A program made the translations under genes and the position numbers. Positions 11,179-21,934 of a stretch of 64,000 nucleotides of DNA are shown here, in pieces; position 1 is the stretch's first letter; each line of letters opens with the position of its first letter. The stretch comes from an uncultured Verrucomicrobiae bacterium (lineage in GTDB: Bacteria; Verrucomicrobiota; Verrucomicrobiia; Chthoniobacterales; UBA10450), in NCBI GenBank assembly GCA_963772365.1, contig CAVYXA010000003.1:224001-288000 (forward strand). The letters are read 5' to 3'. The notes under the pieces were generated by a model, which ran no database searches, was not told where the DNA came from, and saw only the letters and a list, made by a program, of their open reading frames with translations.

Positions 11179-11700
11179 ATGCGGCAAATTTGGACGGTCG
11201 GCCATTCAACTCGCAAGATCGACGATTTCATTTCGCTGCTTCACGAAAATGGGATCAAGCTCATTGCGGATGTGCGGATGTTTCCGGGATCGAAACGCTA
11301 TCCGCAGTTTAACAAGGAGACGCTTGCCATGTCATTGAACGAGCAGGGAATCCGCTACCAGCACTTCCCGGAACTCGGCGGCCGGCGAAAATCCCGATCG
11401 GATTCCCGGAACACCGCGTGGCGCAACGAATCATTCCGCGGTTATGCTGATTACATGGAGACGGAAGAATTTCGCGATGGCATCTCACGTCTCCTGAATC
11501 AACCTGGTCCGACCGCAATCATGTGCGCGGAAGCGGTTTGGTGGCGCTGTCATCGGTCTTTGATCTCCGATTTTCTGAAGGCGCGCGATGTTTCGGTCCT
11601 GCACATTGTCGATGCGGGCAAAACGCAGCCGCATCCGTACACCTCGGCGGCCCGAATTGTGAACGGCCAATTATGTTACGCTGCGGAATCGCTTCTTTGA
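11179..11700 (+). CDS. DUF488 domain protein
   Basis: IWTVGHST, DVRMFPGS, LGGRR, FRGYADYM, MCAEAVWWRCHR. Confidence 0.9.
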   Translation: MRQIWTVGHSTRKIDDFISLLHENGIKLIADVRMFPGSKRYPQFNKETLAMSLNEQGIRYQHFPELGGRRKSRSDSRNTAWRNESFRGYADYMETEEFRDGISRLLNQPGPTAIMCAEAVWWRCHRSLISDFLKARDVSVLHIVDAGKTQPHPYTSAARIVNGQLCYAAESLL

Positions 11701-11702
11701 AC

Positions 11703-13244
11703 CTAGGTCAGCTGCAAATACGGCAGCAGCCCTTGCAATCCGCCTTCGCGGCCGTAGCCGCTTTCCTTGTATCCGCCGAATGGGCTCGTCGGATCGAATT
11801 TGTTGTACGTGTTCGCCCAAACCACGCCGGCCCGAAGTTGCTTCACGATTTTGAAGATCTTGCTCCCTTTATCTGTCCAAACACCCGCGCTTAGTCCATA
11901 CGGCGTATTATTGGCGCGCTCGATTGCTTCTTCCGGCGTGCGAAATGTCATCACGCTCAGGACAGGTCCGAAAATTTCCTCCTGGGCGATTCGATGCGAT
12001 GCGGCCACGCCGGTAAAGAAACTCGGCGGATACCAATAACCTTTTGCCGGCAATCGAACATTGGACTGGACCAGTTCGGCGCCCTGTTTCAGACCGCTCT
12101 CTACCAGTTCGCAAATTTTGTCGAGCTGCTTTCGCGAATTAATCGCTCCGATATCGGTGTTCTTGTCCAGTGGATCCCCCACGCGCAAGGTGGCGATCCG
12201 GTCGCGCAGTTTCCGTATCACCGCCGGGAAAACTCCTTCCTGTACAAACAAACGTGAGCCTGCGCAACAAACGTGGCCCTGGTTGAAATAGATCCCAGAA
12301 ATGATGCCTTCAACGGCTTGGTCGATCGGCGCGTCTTCAAAAATGATGTTGGCCGCTTTTCCTCCAAGCTCGAGGGTCAATTTCTTTTTCGTCCCGGCAA
12401 TGGATTGACGTATGCGTTTCCCGACCTCTGTCGATCCGGTGAATGCGATTTTGTCGATGTCGGGATGATCGACAATCACTTGGCCGGTTTCGCCAGCGCC
12501 GGTGACAACGTTTACCACTCCATCGGGAAGATCCGCCTGCTGAAATATCTCCATCAGATGCATGGCGGTGATGCTGGTCGTCTCCGCCGGTTTCAACAGG
12601 TAGGTATTTCCGCACGCCAGTGCCGGCGCAAGTTTCCAAGCAGCCATCAGCAACGGGAAATTCCACGGGATGATTTGCCCCGCCACTCCTAACGGGCGCG
12701 GCGACCGTCCGGGAAAAGCGTAATCGAGTTTATCCGCCCAACCTGCGTGATAAAAAAAATGCGCAGCCACGAGAGGCAGATCGACGTCGCGCGATTCCTT
12801 GATGGTTTTGCCGCCATCCATCGTTTCGAGTACCGCGAGTTCGCGCGATTTCTCCTGAATCAAGCGCGCAATTCTATAGAGATACTTGCCTCGTTCCCGT
12901 CCGGGCATTTTGCTCCAGAGTTTTTCATAAGCGCGTCGAGCCGATCTCACGGCAAGATCGACATCGCGCTGACCGGCTTCGGCGATCTCCGCCAGCTTTT
13001 CCTCCGTGGCCGGGTTGATGGAATCGAAATACCTGCCGGAGCGGGGCGCGACAAATTTGCCGTTGATAAACAGTTTATATCTTGGCTGAAGCTTAATGTA
13101 ATTACTCGCTTCTGGAGCCGGCGCGTAGCTCCAACGCTCGCCGAAATTCAAGCGGCGTTCGCCAAGCGGCACAGGCATCCGCCTGTGATCAGCATTCTTT
13201 TCCGCTCGCATTGCAATCGTAACATCGCTGTTTTTGCGGCCCAT
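11703..13244 (-). CDS. Aldehyde dehydrogenase family protein
   Basis: IIPWNFP, LKPAE, FTGSTEVG, LELGGK, GHVCCAGSR, EEIFGP, FGGYKESG; start uncertain (ORF extends to 13313). Confidence 0.93.
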   Translation of the reverse strand: MGRKNSDVTIAMRAEKNADHRRMPVPLGERRLNFGERWSYAPAPEASNYIKLQPRYKLFINGKFVAPRSGRYFDSINPATEEKLAEIAEAGQRDVDLAVRSARRAYEKLWSKMPGRERGKYLYRIARLIQEKSRELAVLETMDGGKTIKESRDVDLPLVAAHFFYHAGWADKLDYAFPGRSPRPLGVAGQIIPWNFPLLMAAWKLAPALACGNTYLLKPAETTSITAMHLMEIFQQADLPDGVVNVVTGAGETGQVIVDHPDIDKIAFTGSTEVGKRIRQSIAGTKKKLTLELGGKAANIIFEDAPIDQAVEGIISGIYFNQGHVCCAGSRLFVQEGVFPAVIRKLRDRIATLRVGDPLDKNTDIGAINSRKQLDKICELVESGLKQGAELVQSNVRLPAKGYWYPPSFFTGVAASHRIAQEEIFGPVLSVMTFRTPEEAIERANNTPYGLSAGVWTDKGSKIFKIVKQLRAGVVWANTYNKFDPTSPFGGYKESGYGREGGLQGLLPYLQLT

Positions 13245-13324
13245 CGAGTCGATGCCAGTTGTAGTCAGCTTCCTACGTGTGCGCACGCAAAAAAGTGCGC
13301 AGCCGGTGGGCATTCGTTACGGCA

Positions 13325-13786
13325 TTAGCTCTTCGAGTCCCTCGATTGGACTTTGATATCGCCGTCCCGAGATCTTTTGTGCAGACGCTTGAATTCGTGT
13401 TCGAGTTTCTGGAGCTCTTCATCAGAGAGTTCTTCGAGATCGACCAGCTTGTTGCGCGCGCCTTTCATTGCCCGGATCAACTCATCGAGTTTCAAGTGGA
13501 CTGCTTTGGCGTCCCGGTTTTGCGTATTTTGAATCAGAAACACCATCAGGAATGTCACGATCGTCGTGCCGGTATTGATGATGAGTTGCCATGTATCGGA
13601 AAAATGGAAGACCGGCCCGGTGACGCCCCAAGCCAAAATAATCAAAACAGCAAAAACAAAGGCCCAGGCTGTGCCTAACGCGCTGGAGGTTCGCTGGGCG
13701 AAATGCCGAAAAGCATCGCGGATTTTGCAAAATACATCCCGATTCGCTGGTTGTTCGCCGGCCGATGTCCTTTTCGCTTTGGCCAT
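13325..13786 (-). CDS. Low-affinity iron permease (Fet4-like) family protein
   Basis: FSDTWQLIINTGTTIVTFLMVFLIQNTQNRD...LKLDEL signature. Confidence 0.9.
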   Translation of the reverse strand: MAKAKRTSAGEQPANRDVFCKIRDAFRHFAQRTSSALGTAWAFVFAVLIILAWGVTGPVFHFSDTWQLIINTGTTIVTFLMVFLIQNTQNRDAKAVHLKLDELIRAMKGARNKLVDLEELSDEELQKLEHEFKRLHKRSRDGDIKVQSRDSKS

Positions 13787-13854
13787 ATGATTTCCACATC
13801 ATTTCGCGGAGAAAACCTCTTTTGCGCGCATCGAAGGTGAAGTATCGGAGGAAT

Positions 13855-14697
13855 ATGCGCTTCGGGACGCATCTAAATCTGGATGATGCCTGGCCTGACG
13901 ACGCGCTCGGTTTGCCAGTATTGGAAGCAAGAAGCTGGGGACCAAAGCTTCGTTTTTCCGCTCCGCCGCGTTTGGTTGAGAATTTCTATCGCGATTACGC
14001 GCCGCGCATCGCCCCTTTCGTTATCTACGGCTCCGGTGATTTCCATTACCTGACCGCGCTTTGGTTGCGCCGCCTTGTCGATCCTACAGTTGTCATTTCG
14101 TTCGATAATCATCCTGACTGGGATATTCGGCCTCCGAGATGGGGTTGCGGCGGCTGGGTGAATCGGGCTCTGGAGTTACCGCACGTGCAAAAGGTCAGCG
14201 TGTGGGGTTGTGGGAACTTCGAATGCTGGTGGCCGCACCAGATTTTTGGAAATCGCAGGGCCGAACGCGTCGGCAAACTGGAAGTGCATCCATGGGCAGA
14301 TGATCGGCCGGCAAAGGATCGAGAACGCCGGGGAGCCATTCTGAGGGAAAGCTGGCAGCTGCTTTTCGAAGGTTTCATTCGAGATGCCAGAGACGCGGAC
14401 GTTTATGTCACCATCGACATCGATTGTCTCCGAGCGGACGAAGCTGTCACAAACTGGGAGAGCGGGCGGTTTACCGTTGTCGATCTTGTTTGGGCATTGA
14501 AGAAACTGCGCGAGCATTGCCGGATCGTGGCGGGCGATATTTGCGGCGCATTCTCTCAACCCGCTTATGCCCGCTGGAAACAACGTTTTGCCGGCGAATT
14601 CGATCATCCAAAAATCGATCGCCCGAAGCCGGCAGAGATCCGGCGAATCAATTTGGATACGCTCCAGAGCCTCTGGCCTATTTTGGACAGCCGATGA
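13855..14697 (+). CDS. Arginase/ureohydrolase-fold protein
   Basis: GSGDFH, FDNHPD, YVTIDIDCL, GDICG metal-binding motifs; GGAGG before ATG 13855. Confidence 0.75.
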   Translation: MRFGTHLNLDDAWPDDALGLPVLEARSWGPKLRFSAPPRLVENFYRDYAPRIAPFVIYGSGDFHYLTALWLRRLVDPTVVISFDNHPDWDIRPPRWGCGGWVNRALELPHVQKVSVWGCGNFECWWPHQIFGNRRAERVGKLEVHPWADDRPAKDRERRGAILRESWQLLFEGFIRDARDADVYVTIDIDCLRADEAVTNWESGRFTVVDLVWALKKLREHCRIVAGDICGAFSQPAYARWKQRFAGEFDHPKIDRPKPAEIRRINLDTLQSLWPILDSR

Positions 14698-14818
14698 GAT
14701 ATCGCTACAGCGATTCCGTAAGCATCTTTGCGACTTTGGCAATCATGCCGGCCGATTATCGCCGGTTGTTGTCGATCCTGCTTGTCGCCAACGTTCCAGT
14801 AGCTTTCTTGAGATAACG

Positions 14819-14843
14819 GCGACGCTCGCAGAGCGCCGCTACA
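14819..14843 (-). repeat. GTAG-type REP-like palindrome
   Basis: Minus strand TGTAGCGGCGCTC-TGC-GAGCGTCGC hairpin between convergent genes. Confidence 0.55.
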
Positions 14844-14872
14844 GTTACCAGCATGGCCTCGGCGATAGCGCT

Positions 14873-15340
14873 CTACCACCTGTGATAGGCGGGATGACCT
14901 TCCTTCACCGCTACGAAAACGCCGCGGCACGTCGCGCAAATCTTCCCGCCGGCGGTCAATGTTCCTTCGATCGTCGCCCGATCATTCGTAAGATCGACAA
15001 CTTTTGCTGAGAGATTGACGGGGCCATCTGTCGGAGTCGGACGGAGAAGCTTGATCGAATACTCTGCCGTCACGGTGCATGGAACCCGATCTTCGCCGGA
15101 GCGTTTCATCAAGTGATATGCCGCCGTCCAGTTGCAATGGCAGTCGAGCAACGTGCCGATGATACCGCCATTCAATACACCTGGGAAAGCTTCGTATTTC
15201 TTCTGCGGTTTCCATTCCGCGACCACTTCATCGCCCTTTGGGAAACTCCGGATGCGCAGGCCTTCGGCATTGGCCGGGCCGCATCCCCAGCACGAGTTGT
15301 TAGGCGCATACTTTTCCTGGAGCGATTTCGAGTCGTTCAT
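14873..15340 (-). CDS. PaaI-family (hotdog fold) thioesterase
   Basis: CWGCG..N..GL, GVLNGGIIGTLLD, VTAEYSIKLLRPTP. Confidence 0.9.
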   Translation of the reverse strand: MNDSKSLQEKYAPNNSCWGCGPANAEGLRIRSFPKGDEVVAEWKPQKKYEAFPGVLNGGIIGTLLDCHCNWTAAYHLMKRSGEDRVPCTVTAEYSIKLLRPTPTDGPVNLSAKVVDLTNDRATIEGTLTAGGKICATCRGVFVAVKEGHPAYHRW

Positions 15341-15426
15341 TAATTCTTCCTCTCCCGCTTCCTCTTAATCTTTGTTCGGTTCTCTTTGGGCAACAGAAGA
15401 AGCAGAGGAAGAGGTAGCGGAAGATT
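15339..15426. repeat. Imperfect pyrimidine/purine inverted repeat between prpC and the thioesterase
   Basis: TTCTTCCTCTCCCGCTTCCTCTT...AAGAAGCAGAGGAAGAGGTAGCGGAAGA arms. Confidence 0.45.
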
Positions 15427-16555
15427 ATTTCGGCACACTCGTATAAGGCCGCAACTTGGGTCCCGTGTAAAGCGAGCGCGGCCGGATCAACCGATTGTGA
15501 TCCTGTTGTTCGACGACGTGCGCGCACCACCCGGCGACGCGCGAGGCGGCGAAGATCGGCGTGTTCAGTTCCGGCGCGAACCCAAGCATCGTAAATACCG
15601 GTGCGGCGTAAAGATCGACATTGGCGCACAAGTGCTTCTCGCGATCCATCACTTCTTCCAACTTTTCGCAGATGGGAATCCAGTTCTCCTTACCAGTGCG
15701 CTTTCCAAGATCGCGGCCGATCTCGCGCATGATTGGCACCCGCGAGTCGCCCTTTTTATAAACGCGATGACCAAACCCCATGATTTTACCTTTTTCCGCC
15801 AGCCTCTTCATCAACCATGCTTCCGCGCGATCAGGCGTTTTGATTTCATCTAGCATCTTCATCGATTCTTCGTTCGCGCCGCCATGCAATGGTCCTTTGA
15901 GTGTGCCGCAAGCAGAAGTCACCGCGGCGTAAATGTCGGCCAAAGTCGAAGCGGTCACGCGCGCCGCGAAAGTGGAGGCGTTGAACTCATGATCCGCGTA
16001 CAAAATGTAAATCGTGTCCAGCATCCGGATTTGCCATGTTTCTGGGACTTTTCCGGTCAGCTTGTAAAAGAAAGTTCCGGACTGAGTGAGACTCGTTTTT
16101 TCCGGCAACGGTTCTTCGCCCTTCGCGATTCGCCAGCTATCGGTGGCGAGAGTAGAGACGCGCGCGATCAGTCGGATCGATTTGCGAATATTCGCATCGT
16201 GCGAATGGTCGTTGAGATCTTCGTCGAACGCGCCCAGCATCGACACACCGGTGCGCAGCATGTCCATCGGATGAGTATCGCGCGGCATTAATCGCAGCAT
16301 TTTTACGAGCGGCGCCGGCAACTCGCGCTGGGTCGCAATCTCGCGATTGAATTTTGCCAGTTGCTCGAAATTCGGCAGCTCGCCGTTCAACAGCAGATAA
16401 GCCACTTCTTCAAAGCTGGCTTTCTCCGCCATGTCGTGAATGTCGTAACCGCGATACATCAAACCGGCATTGGGATCGACCCAGCAAATTGCCGTCTCGC
16501 CCGCGATCACTCCGGCCAGACCCGGGCTGTATTCTGGTTTTGTTTCGGTAGCCAT
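15425..16555 (-). CDS. prpC: 2-methylcitrate synthase / citrate synthase
   Basis: GLAGVIAGET, YRGY, HPMD, ADHEFNASTF, GPLHGGANE, GFGHRVY, NVD, RLIRP; clustered with prpB and prpD. Confidence 0.85.
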   Translation of the reverse strand: MATETKPEYSPGLAGVIAGETAICWVDPNAGLMYRGYDIHDMAEKASFEEVAYLLLNGELPNFEQLAKFNREIATQRELPAPLVKMLRLMPRDTHPMDMLRTGVSMLGAFDEDLNDHSHDANIRKSIRLIARVSTLATDSWRIAKGEEPLPEKTSLTQSGTFFYKLTGKVPETWQIRMLDTIYILYADHEFNASTFAARVTASTLADIYAAVTSACGTLKGPLHGGANEESMKMLDEIKTPDRAEAWLMKRLAEKGKIMGFGHRVYKKGDSRVPIMREIGRDLGKRTGKENWIPICEKLEEVMDREKHLCANVDLYAAPVFTMLGFAPELNTPIFAASRVAGWCAHVVEQQDHNRLIRPRSLYTGPKLRPYTSVPK

Positions 16556-16650
16556 TGGTTTGTTCTCTTTACTCGTGAACGGCAAACGTTCAACGTTATA
16601 AGGGAAGGATTTCGAAAAACCCAAACGCGGGAGCGCCCGCCAGTGTCATC

Positions 16651-16980
16651 CTACTTGAGAGGATATTTTTCATCCCAAGTTGCCGGTCCTCTAATACCAG
16701 GACGGCCTGCACCCGGAATGTGACTGCCGAAGCCTGAGCCATTCCATTCCGGCCTGTAATGCCCGATCAAATGATGCTCTGCGTAGTGAACCCATTCCTC
16801 GGAGATGATAAGGAATCGGCACTGCATATGCGAAAGTTTGATGTTTTTCCTACCGCCAATCTTTCTGGCATGTTCTGCAAACCGTCGCTTTAGGTTGCTT
16901 CCTCGCGCCGCTTTCCCCAAATATACAAGGTCACCGTTGAGATACAGTGTTCCATTTCTTCGCGCACCAAAGTCTTGATA
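16651..16980 (-). pseudogene. N-terminally truncated Eco29kI-like GIY-YIG endonuclease relic
   Basis: LYLNGDLVYLGKA...LKRRFAEH...AEHHLI..Y.PEWN..GFGSH.PG.GR...WD; in-frame stop at about 16987 and no intact N-terminus. Confidence 0.65.
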
Positions 16981-17092
16981 TGGCGATCACCGGCCCTCCG
17001 TTTCCTTCCTTGAGCAGCTTGCGGTCGCATCTTTAAAACAAATTAGTCAGGTTGAAATTCTACGCGAGCAAAATGCAACCCCCGACAAATGG

Positions 17093-17956
17093 TCAGTCGC
17101 CATGGCTCGGCCATTTTTCTGCGGCAGGATCGTAATCGAGCAGATCGTAAAGTTCCTGCCGTTTCTGCATCTGGTCGATCCAGTCCGTTTGAGTGCCGCT
17201 CGCCTTCAGGGCGCGCAGAAATTCGCCGCTGGCTTTCATGGAAACACGAAATGCACTTTGAGGAAAAATCACCATCTGATAACCGAGGCCGGCCAGATTT
17301 TGAAACGAAAGAAGCGGACTTTTGCCAAACTCGGTCATATTCGCGAGCAATGGCACATTGAGTTCGCGCGCGAACCGTTTGAATTCGACCGGACTCTGGA
17401 GCGCTTCGGGAAAAATCGCGTCGGCGCCGGCCTCGATATAACTTTCCGCCCGTTTCAGCGCACCGTCGAAATCTTCCACCGCCCGCGCGTCCGTCCGCGC
17501 GATGATCATGAAATTGGGGTCGCGCTTCGCCGCCACCGCCGCTTTGATTCGGGCAACCATTTCATCAACATCGACAATCGACTTGCCGGCGAGATGTCCG
17601 CAGCGTTTGGGAAATTCCTGGTCCTCGATGTGGCAACCGGCCAGGCCTACGGCTTCCAGCTCGCAAATCGTGCGGGCGATATTTTCCGCGCCGCCAAATC
17701 CGGTATCGGCATCCACAATCGCCGGAATTTTCACCGCGCTCGCGATGTAACCGGCGAGCCGCGCGACTTCTGTCAGTGTCAGGAGACCAATGTCCGGTAC
17801 GCCCGCAGTCGCGTTGGCCATTCCCGCGCCGCTGATATAAACGGCGTCGAATCCAGCTTGTTCGACCTGGCGGGCCATCGCTGCATTGGGTACGCCAGGC
17901 ATCATGACCGCGCTATTGGCGATTAGCTCACGCAATCGAGAAGTCTTCGAGCTCAT
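17093..17956 (-). CDS. prpB: Methylisocitrate lyase
   Basis: YISGAG, VDADTGFG, HIEDQEFPKRCGHL, ARTDA, LANMTEFGK. Confidence 0.93.
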   Translation of the reverse strand: MSSKTSRLRELIANSAVMMPGVPNAAMARQVEQAGFDAVYISGAGMANATAGVPDIGLLTLTEVARLAGYIASAVKIPAIVDADTGFGGAENIARTICELEAVGLAGCHIEDQEFPKRCGHLAGKSIVDVDEMVARIKAAVAAKRDPNFMIIARTDARAVEDFDGALKRAESYIEAGADAIFPEALQSPVEFKRFARELNVPLLANMTEFGKSPLLSFQNLAGLGYQMVIFPQSAFRVSMKASGEFLRALKASGTQTDWIDQMQKRQELYDLLDYDPAAEKWPSHGD

Positions 17957-17962
17957 GTTAAC

Positions 17963-18067
17963 GGAACACGGGCATGTTGCCTGTGTGGCCATCGGACATT
18001 TTGTCCGGTGTTTCCGATTCGCCGGAGTAAAACTCCGCCGGCCGCACAGATTGAAAATCCGCGTTCC
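17963..18067. repeat. Composite palindromic intergenic element between prpD and prpB
   Basis: Terminal arms GGAACACGG/CCGCGTTCC and CTGTGTGGCC/GGCCGCACAG, with internal hairpins CGGACA/TGTCCG and CGGAGT/ACTCCG. Confidence 0.6.
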
Positions 18068-18068
18068 T

Positions 18069-19460
18069 TCATTTCATTACCACCGCACGCATCAATTCAT
18101 CCAGGTTTTTTGCTTCATCCAGTTTCCAGGCAAGATCGACAATCTTTTTCGCGCGGACTTCACCAATGGCCGGCACGACCGACGAATTGAACTTTCCTTC
18201 CAATTGCTCGTCAGATACCGGATTCAGCGCGTTGCCTAACGGATAATCGACCCGCTTCGTCAGCTCGCGCCCGTCCTGCAACGTGACGCGCACAATGTTC
18301 GCGACCGCCTTGGCGTAAAGCGAGCTCAACTCCGCATTGCGCTGGACCGTGACGTTCTCGAGAAATTTCCAGATTTTCGGATCGGTGAAACGTTTCGGCT
18401 CAAATTGTCGATCCGTCACTTCGCCGTCGATCAATGCAATGCTGGTGATATACGGCAGACTGTGATCGGCGGTCTCGCGCGTCTCCGGTTTCCATTTCTC
18501 CGGCTCGCTTCCAATGATATCGACCGACGCATCGTGACTCTCGATCCGGACCGATTGAATTTTCGCCGGATCGCCGATCTCCTTTCGCAAAAACAATGCG
18601 GCCTCAATGGCGCTCTGGGAGTGATATTCCGCCGGCCAATATTTGATGCTCGTTTTCAAAATCATTGATGCCGGACCTTTCCCTGGCATCGCTTCCTGCT
18701 TTTTGTCGAAGACTTCAGCTACGTTGCCCAACGAAACGCCCAGCTCTTTCTCGAATCCCATTTGGCCTTCGAAGATGGGCGCCGGTCCGGTCATTCCGGC
18801 GCGCGCCAGCAACGCGGCGTAAACACCGTGCCGCGCGGCATTGGCAAAGGCCACGCCTTTCCAATGCGAAAGCTCGCCCACTCGTGCCTGCCGGAACGCG
18901 GCACAGTTTACACCGGCGATGTTGATCGCGTGGCGGGTCCGCTCGGGGTCGAGCTTCATCAATTTCGCTGCTGCCAGTGCGGTTGAAAATGCGCCATAGG
19001 TCGGGTGATCCCAACCGCGGGCGCGAATGCTCGCCGCATCGCACAAGCGACATTGAACTTCGTAGGCAATCGCTGCGGCAGTGATTGCTTCGCGCCCCGT
19101 CGCACCAACACTTTCCGCGACTGCGAAGACCGCAGAGAGATTGTCGCTCGGATGCGCGGGTTCCTTGGACAAATACGTATCGTTGTAGTCAAAATAACGA
19201 ATGCAACAGCCGGTGGCAAAAGCGGCCCAATCCGGCGGCGCTTTGTGATCTGTTCCGATGATTGTCGATCCTGACTTTGCCGAAAAATCCAATGCGACTT
19301 TTCGTGCAATTGCGCACGGCTCTTCCTTCCACGCGCCGAGTGCGCACCCGATCGAATCGATCACGCGACGTTTCACTTCGTGAACGACGTCTTTGGAAAG
19401 ATCTTCGAATTGAAGTGAACAGGCGTATTCGGCGAGCTGATGAGCGAGCGATTTTGTCAT
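18069..19460 (-). CDS. prpD: MmgE/PrpD family protein (2-methylcitrate dehydratase)
   Basis: RYFDYNDT...HPSDN, WK, KYWPAEYHSQS, ETADHSLPY motifs; prp gene context. Confidence 0.88.
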   Translation of the reverse strand: MTKSLAHQLAEYACSLQFEDLSKDVVHEVKRRVIDSIGCALGAWKEEPCAIARKVALDFSAKSGSTIIGTDHKAPPDWAAFATGCCIRYFDYNDTYLSKEPAHPSDNLSAVFAVAESVGATGREAITAAAIAYEVQCRLCDAASIRARGWDHPTYGAFSTALAAAKLMKLDPERTRHAINIAGVNCAAFRQARVGELSHWKGVAFANAARHGVYAALLARAGMTGPAPIFEGQMGFEKELGVSLGNVAEVFDKKQEAMPGKGPASMILKTSIKYWPAEYHSQSAIEAALFLRKEIGDPAKIQSVRIESHDASVDIIGSEPEKWKPETRETADHSLPYITSIALIDGEVTDRQFEPKRFTDPKIWKFLENVTVQRNAELSSLYAKAVANIVRVTLQDGRELTKRVDYPLGNALNPVSDEQLEGKFNSSVVPAIGEVRAKKIVDLAWKLDEAKNLDELMRAVVMK

Positions 19461-19691
19461 GGGAAAAATTGAAGCTCCAATCTGCCGACGAAATGCCGGT
19501 CGGCAAGCCGATGTAGAACGGGACGCCGACTCTCGCTGCTAAGCCTTCACGCTAAGAGACGGAGCAGGCATGCATCCATCTTCGCCAGCGCGTGACGATT
19601 TTCAAAGAGATGGCGCGATGCGATTACAGCTTTCAATTTCTAACTTGAGACTGAATCTTGAAAGTCGCGTCCAACACGCGAGGATGACGCC

Positions 19692-19991
19692 GTGAAAAAA
19701 TCCAAGAAGGCCGAACGCGATATTGTTTCTCCTTTTCGCAATAAGCTTTGGGATTTGTTCGAAGAGCTAGCCAAAGGAATGGACGGCGCCAAAGTTGTAA
19801 TCGCGCTCAAGCAAGCGGGCGAAGAGATCTGGGCCGCAGGTATTGACGGCACTTACAGCGACATGCCCGAGCGAGAGCAGGAGAAGGAGTCGCTCGGGAA
19901 TGCCTTCGACATCGCCTGGCTCACTGTGGTTTGCATTAAGCTCAAAGAAATGAAGCAGGGCAAAAAGCCAAAAGTCCGAATTCGCGCCTGA
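19692..19991 (+). CDS. Small hypothetical protein
   Basis: 99-aa ORF with GAGGA before GTG, filling the gap between divergent prpD and CoA-transferase genes; no motif recognised. Confidence 0.5.
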   Translation: MKKSKKAERDIVSPFRNKLWDLFEELAKGMDGAKVVIALKQAGEEIWAAGIDGTYSDMPEREQEKESLGNAFDIAWLTVVCIKLKEMKQGKKPKVRIRA

Positions 19992-20089
19992 CCATTTTCC
20001 TTCGGGGCACTGTGAGCCCTCCCACCTTTCGGCGATTGCAGAATTCATCCGTGCGCATCCGCACAATTCGTGGTTAAGGTTCTTTCGGT

Positions 20090-21439
20090 ATGAGCAAAGT
20101 TTACCCTGACGCCAAGGCCGCGCTGGACGGCTTGCTGCACGACAACATGACCATCGCAGCAGGAGGATTTGGCTTGTGCGGCATACCGGAAAATCTCATC
20201 GCCGCGCTTCGGGACAGTGGCGTGAAAGGTCTGACCATCGTCGGGAACAACGCTGGGGTGGACGACTTCGGCATGGGACTTCTTCTCACCACGCATCAGG
20301 TGAAAAAAGTGATGGCGTCTTATGTGGGCGAAAATAAGGAGTTCGAGCGCCAGGTCTTGAGCGGCGAGCTGGAACTTGAGCTAATTCCGCAGGGCACGTT
20401 GGCCGAGCGATTGCGCGCTGGCGGCGCGGGTATTCCCGGTTTCTTCACGCGCACCGGTTTTGGAACGAAATTGACTGAGGGCAAAGAGACAAAACAATTC
20501 GAGGGCGTCGAATACGTCCTGGAGCCCGGAATCAAGGCTGAGGTCTCGTTAGTCAAGGCTTGGAAGGGAGACAAGTCCGGCAATCTCATTTATCGCGAAA
20601 CGGCCCGGAATTTCAATCCGATGATCGCGAGCTGCGGCAAGGTTTGTGTCGCGGAAGTCGAGCAGCTGGTGGAAATCGGTGAGCTGGATCCCGACGAGAT
20701 TCACACGCCGGGAATTTATGTCGATCGAATTTTGCAGGGCGCGAAATACGAGAAGCGAATTGAGTTTCGCACCGTGCAGGGCGCGGCCGTGGCGAAGGCA
20801 GGATCGACAGTGCGCGATCTACTCGCGAAGCGCGCCGCGAAGGAACTGCGCGAGGGCTACTATGTCAATCTTGGTATCGGTATCCCGACGCTGGTCGCGA
20901 ATTACATTCCCGAAGGGATGAATGTCACACTTCAATCCGAGAACGGTTTATTAGGCATCGGTCCGTTTCCGAAACCGGGCGACGAAGATCCCGATTTGAT
21001 CAACGCCGGCAAACAAACCATCACGACCATGCCCGGCTCGGCATTTTTCTCCAGCGCGGATTCGTTCGCCCAAATTCGCGGCGGCCACATCGACCTCGCT
21101 ATTCTCGGCGCCTTTGAAGTCACCGACAAAGGCGACATCGCCAACTGGATGATCCCCGGCAAAATGATCAAAGGTCCCGGTGGTGCGATGGATCTCGTCG
21201 CCGGAGTGAAACGGGTCGTCGCTGTGATGGAACACACGTCGAAAGATGGTAGCCCAAAGATTTTGGAGAAATGCACGCTGCCCATCACGGGCTTGGGCGT
21301 CGTCAACCTCATCATCACCGATCTGTGTGTGTTCGAAGTAAATGAAGGCGGCGGTCTCGTGCTTATTGAATTACATCCCGGCGTTACAGTGGACGATGTT
21401 CGCGCGAAGACCGGTGTCCCGTTCGAAGTCGCGCTCTAA
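20090..21439 (+). CDS. Succinyl-CoA:3-oxoacid CoA-transferase, fused A and B subunits
   Basis: [10 protein letters not shown] and [16 protein letters not shown] (A subunit); NLGIGIPT, catalytic SENG and GGAMDLV (B subunit) in one ORF. Confidence 0.92.
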   Translation: MSKVYPDAKAALDGLLHDNMTIAAGGFGLCGIPENLIAALRDSGVKGLTIVGNNAGVDDFGMGLLLTTHQVKKVMASYVGENKEFERQVLSGELELELIPQGTLAERLRAGGAGIPGFFTRTGFGTKLTEGKETKQFEGVEYVLEPGIKAEVSLVKAWKGDKSGNLIYRETARNFNPMIASCGKVCVAEVEQLVEIGELDPDEIHTPGIYVDRILQGAKYEKRIEFRTVQGAAVAKAGSTVRDLLAKRAAKELREGYYVNLGIGIPTLVANYIPEGMNVTLQSENGLLGIGPFPKPGDEDPDLINAGKQTITTMPGSAFFSSADSFAQIRGGHIDLAILGAFEVTDKGDIANWMIPGKMIKGPGGAMDLVAGVKRVVAVMEHTSKDGSPKILEKCTLPITGLGVVNLIITDLCVFEVNEGGGLVLIELHPGVTVDDVRAKTGVPFEVAL

Positions 21440-21448
21440 ACCCTACGA

Positions 21449-21919
21449 ATGATGCGCCCAGGTTTTGCAATTCTCGTTCTGCTTAGCCTTCTGCCAGCCA
21501 AAGCCGGGGCCGATTCCTCCGACCCACCCAAATCTGCGCGACCATTCGACAGGTATCGTGCAATCTTTGCTATCGGCGTTCAGTCCGTGGACGCCGACTG
21601 GACGATCGAGGCCCGGGAATACCTGCTCAGCGAAATCAGTCGCCGCGCCGGAGAGGAAAAGTTGCTCGTATCTACCGACAACAACTTGACCCCTGAGAAA
21701 TTTCGGGCGGATAACAAACTTGAAATGAATCAGGTGATCTACCTGATCATGACGTTTGAAGACAGCAAGAGTGTAAAAGGCCGCGTGAATTTCACGCTGA
21801 ACGCACAGAACTTTTATATTCAAGGCGCGGTCTTCGAACCGGGAACTTCATTTGCCAAGGCGAAACCATTCCTCGACCGCATGCTCAACGGGTTCTTCGA
21901 ATACGGCGAAGGTAAATAG
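21449..21919 (+). CDS. Hypothetical exported protein
   Basis: Signal-peptide-like N-terminus ending AKA; follows the CoA-transferase gene. Confidence 0.6.
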   Translation: MMRPGFAILVLLSLLPAKAGADSSDPPKSARPFDRYRAIFAIGVQSVDADWTIEAREYLLSEISRRAGEEKLLVSTDNNLTPEKFRADNKLEMNQVIYLIMTFEDSKSVKGRVNFTLNAQNFYIQGAVFEPGTSFAKAKPFLDRMLNGFFEYGEGK

Positions 21920-21934
21920 TTAACCCGAACCGGA

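Noticed and set aside
14700..14815. Gene remnant between the arginase-like and thioesterase genes
   Set aside because: Short frames with no motif I can support
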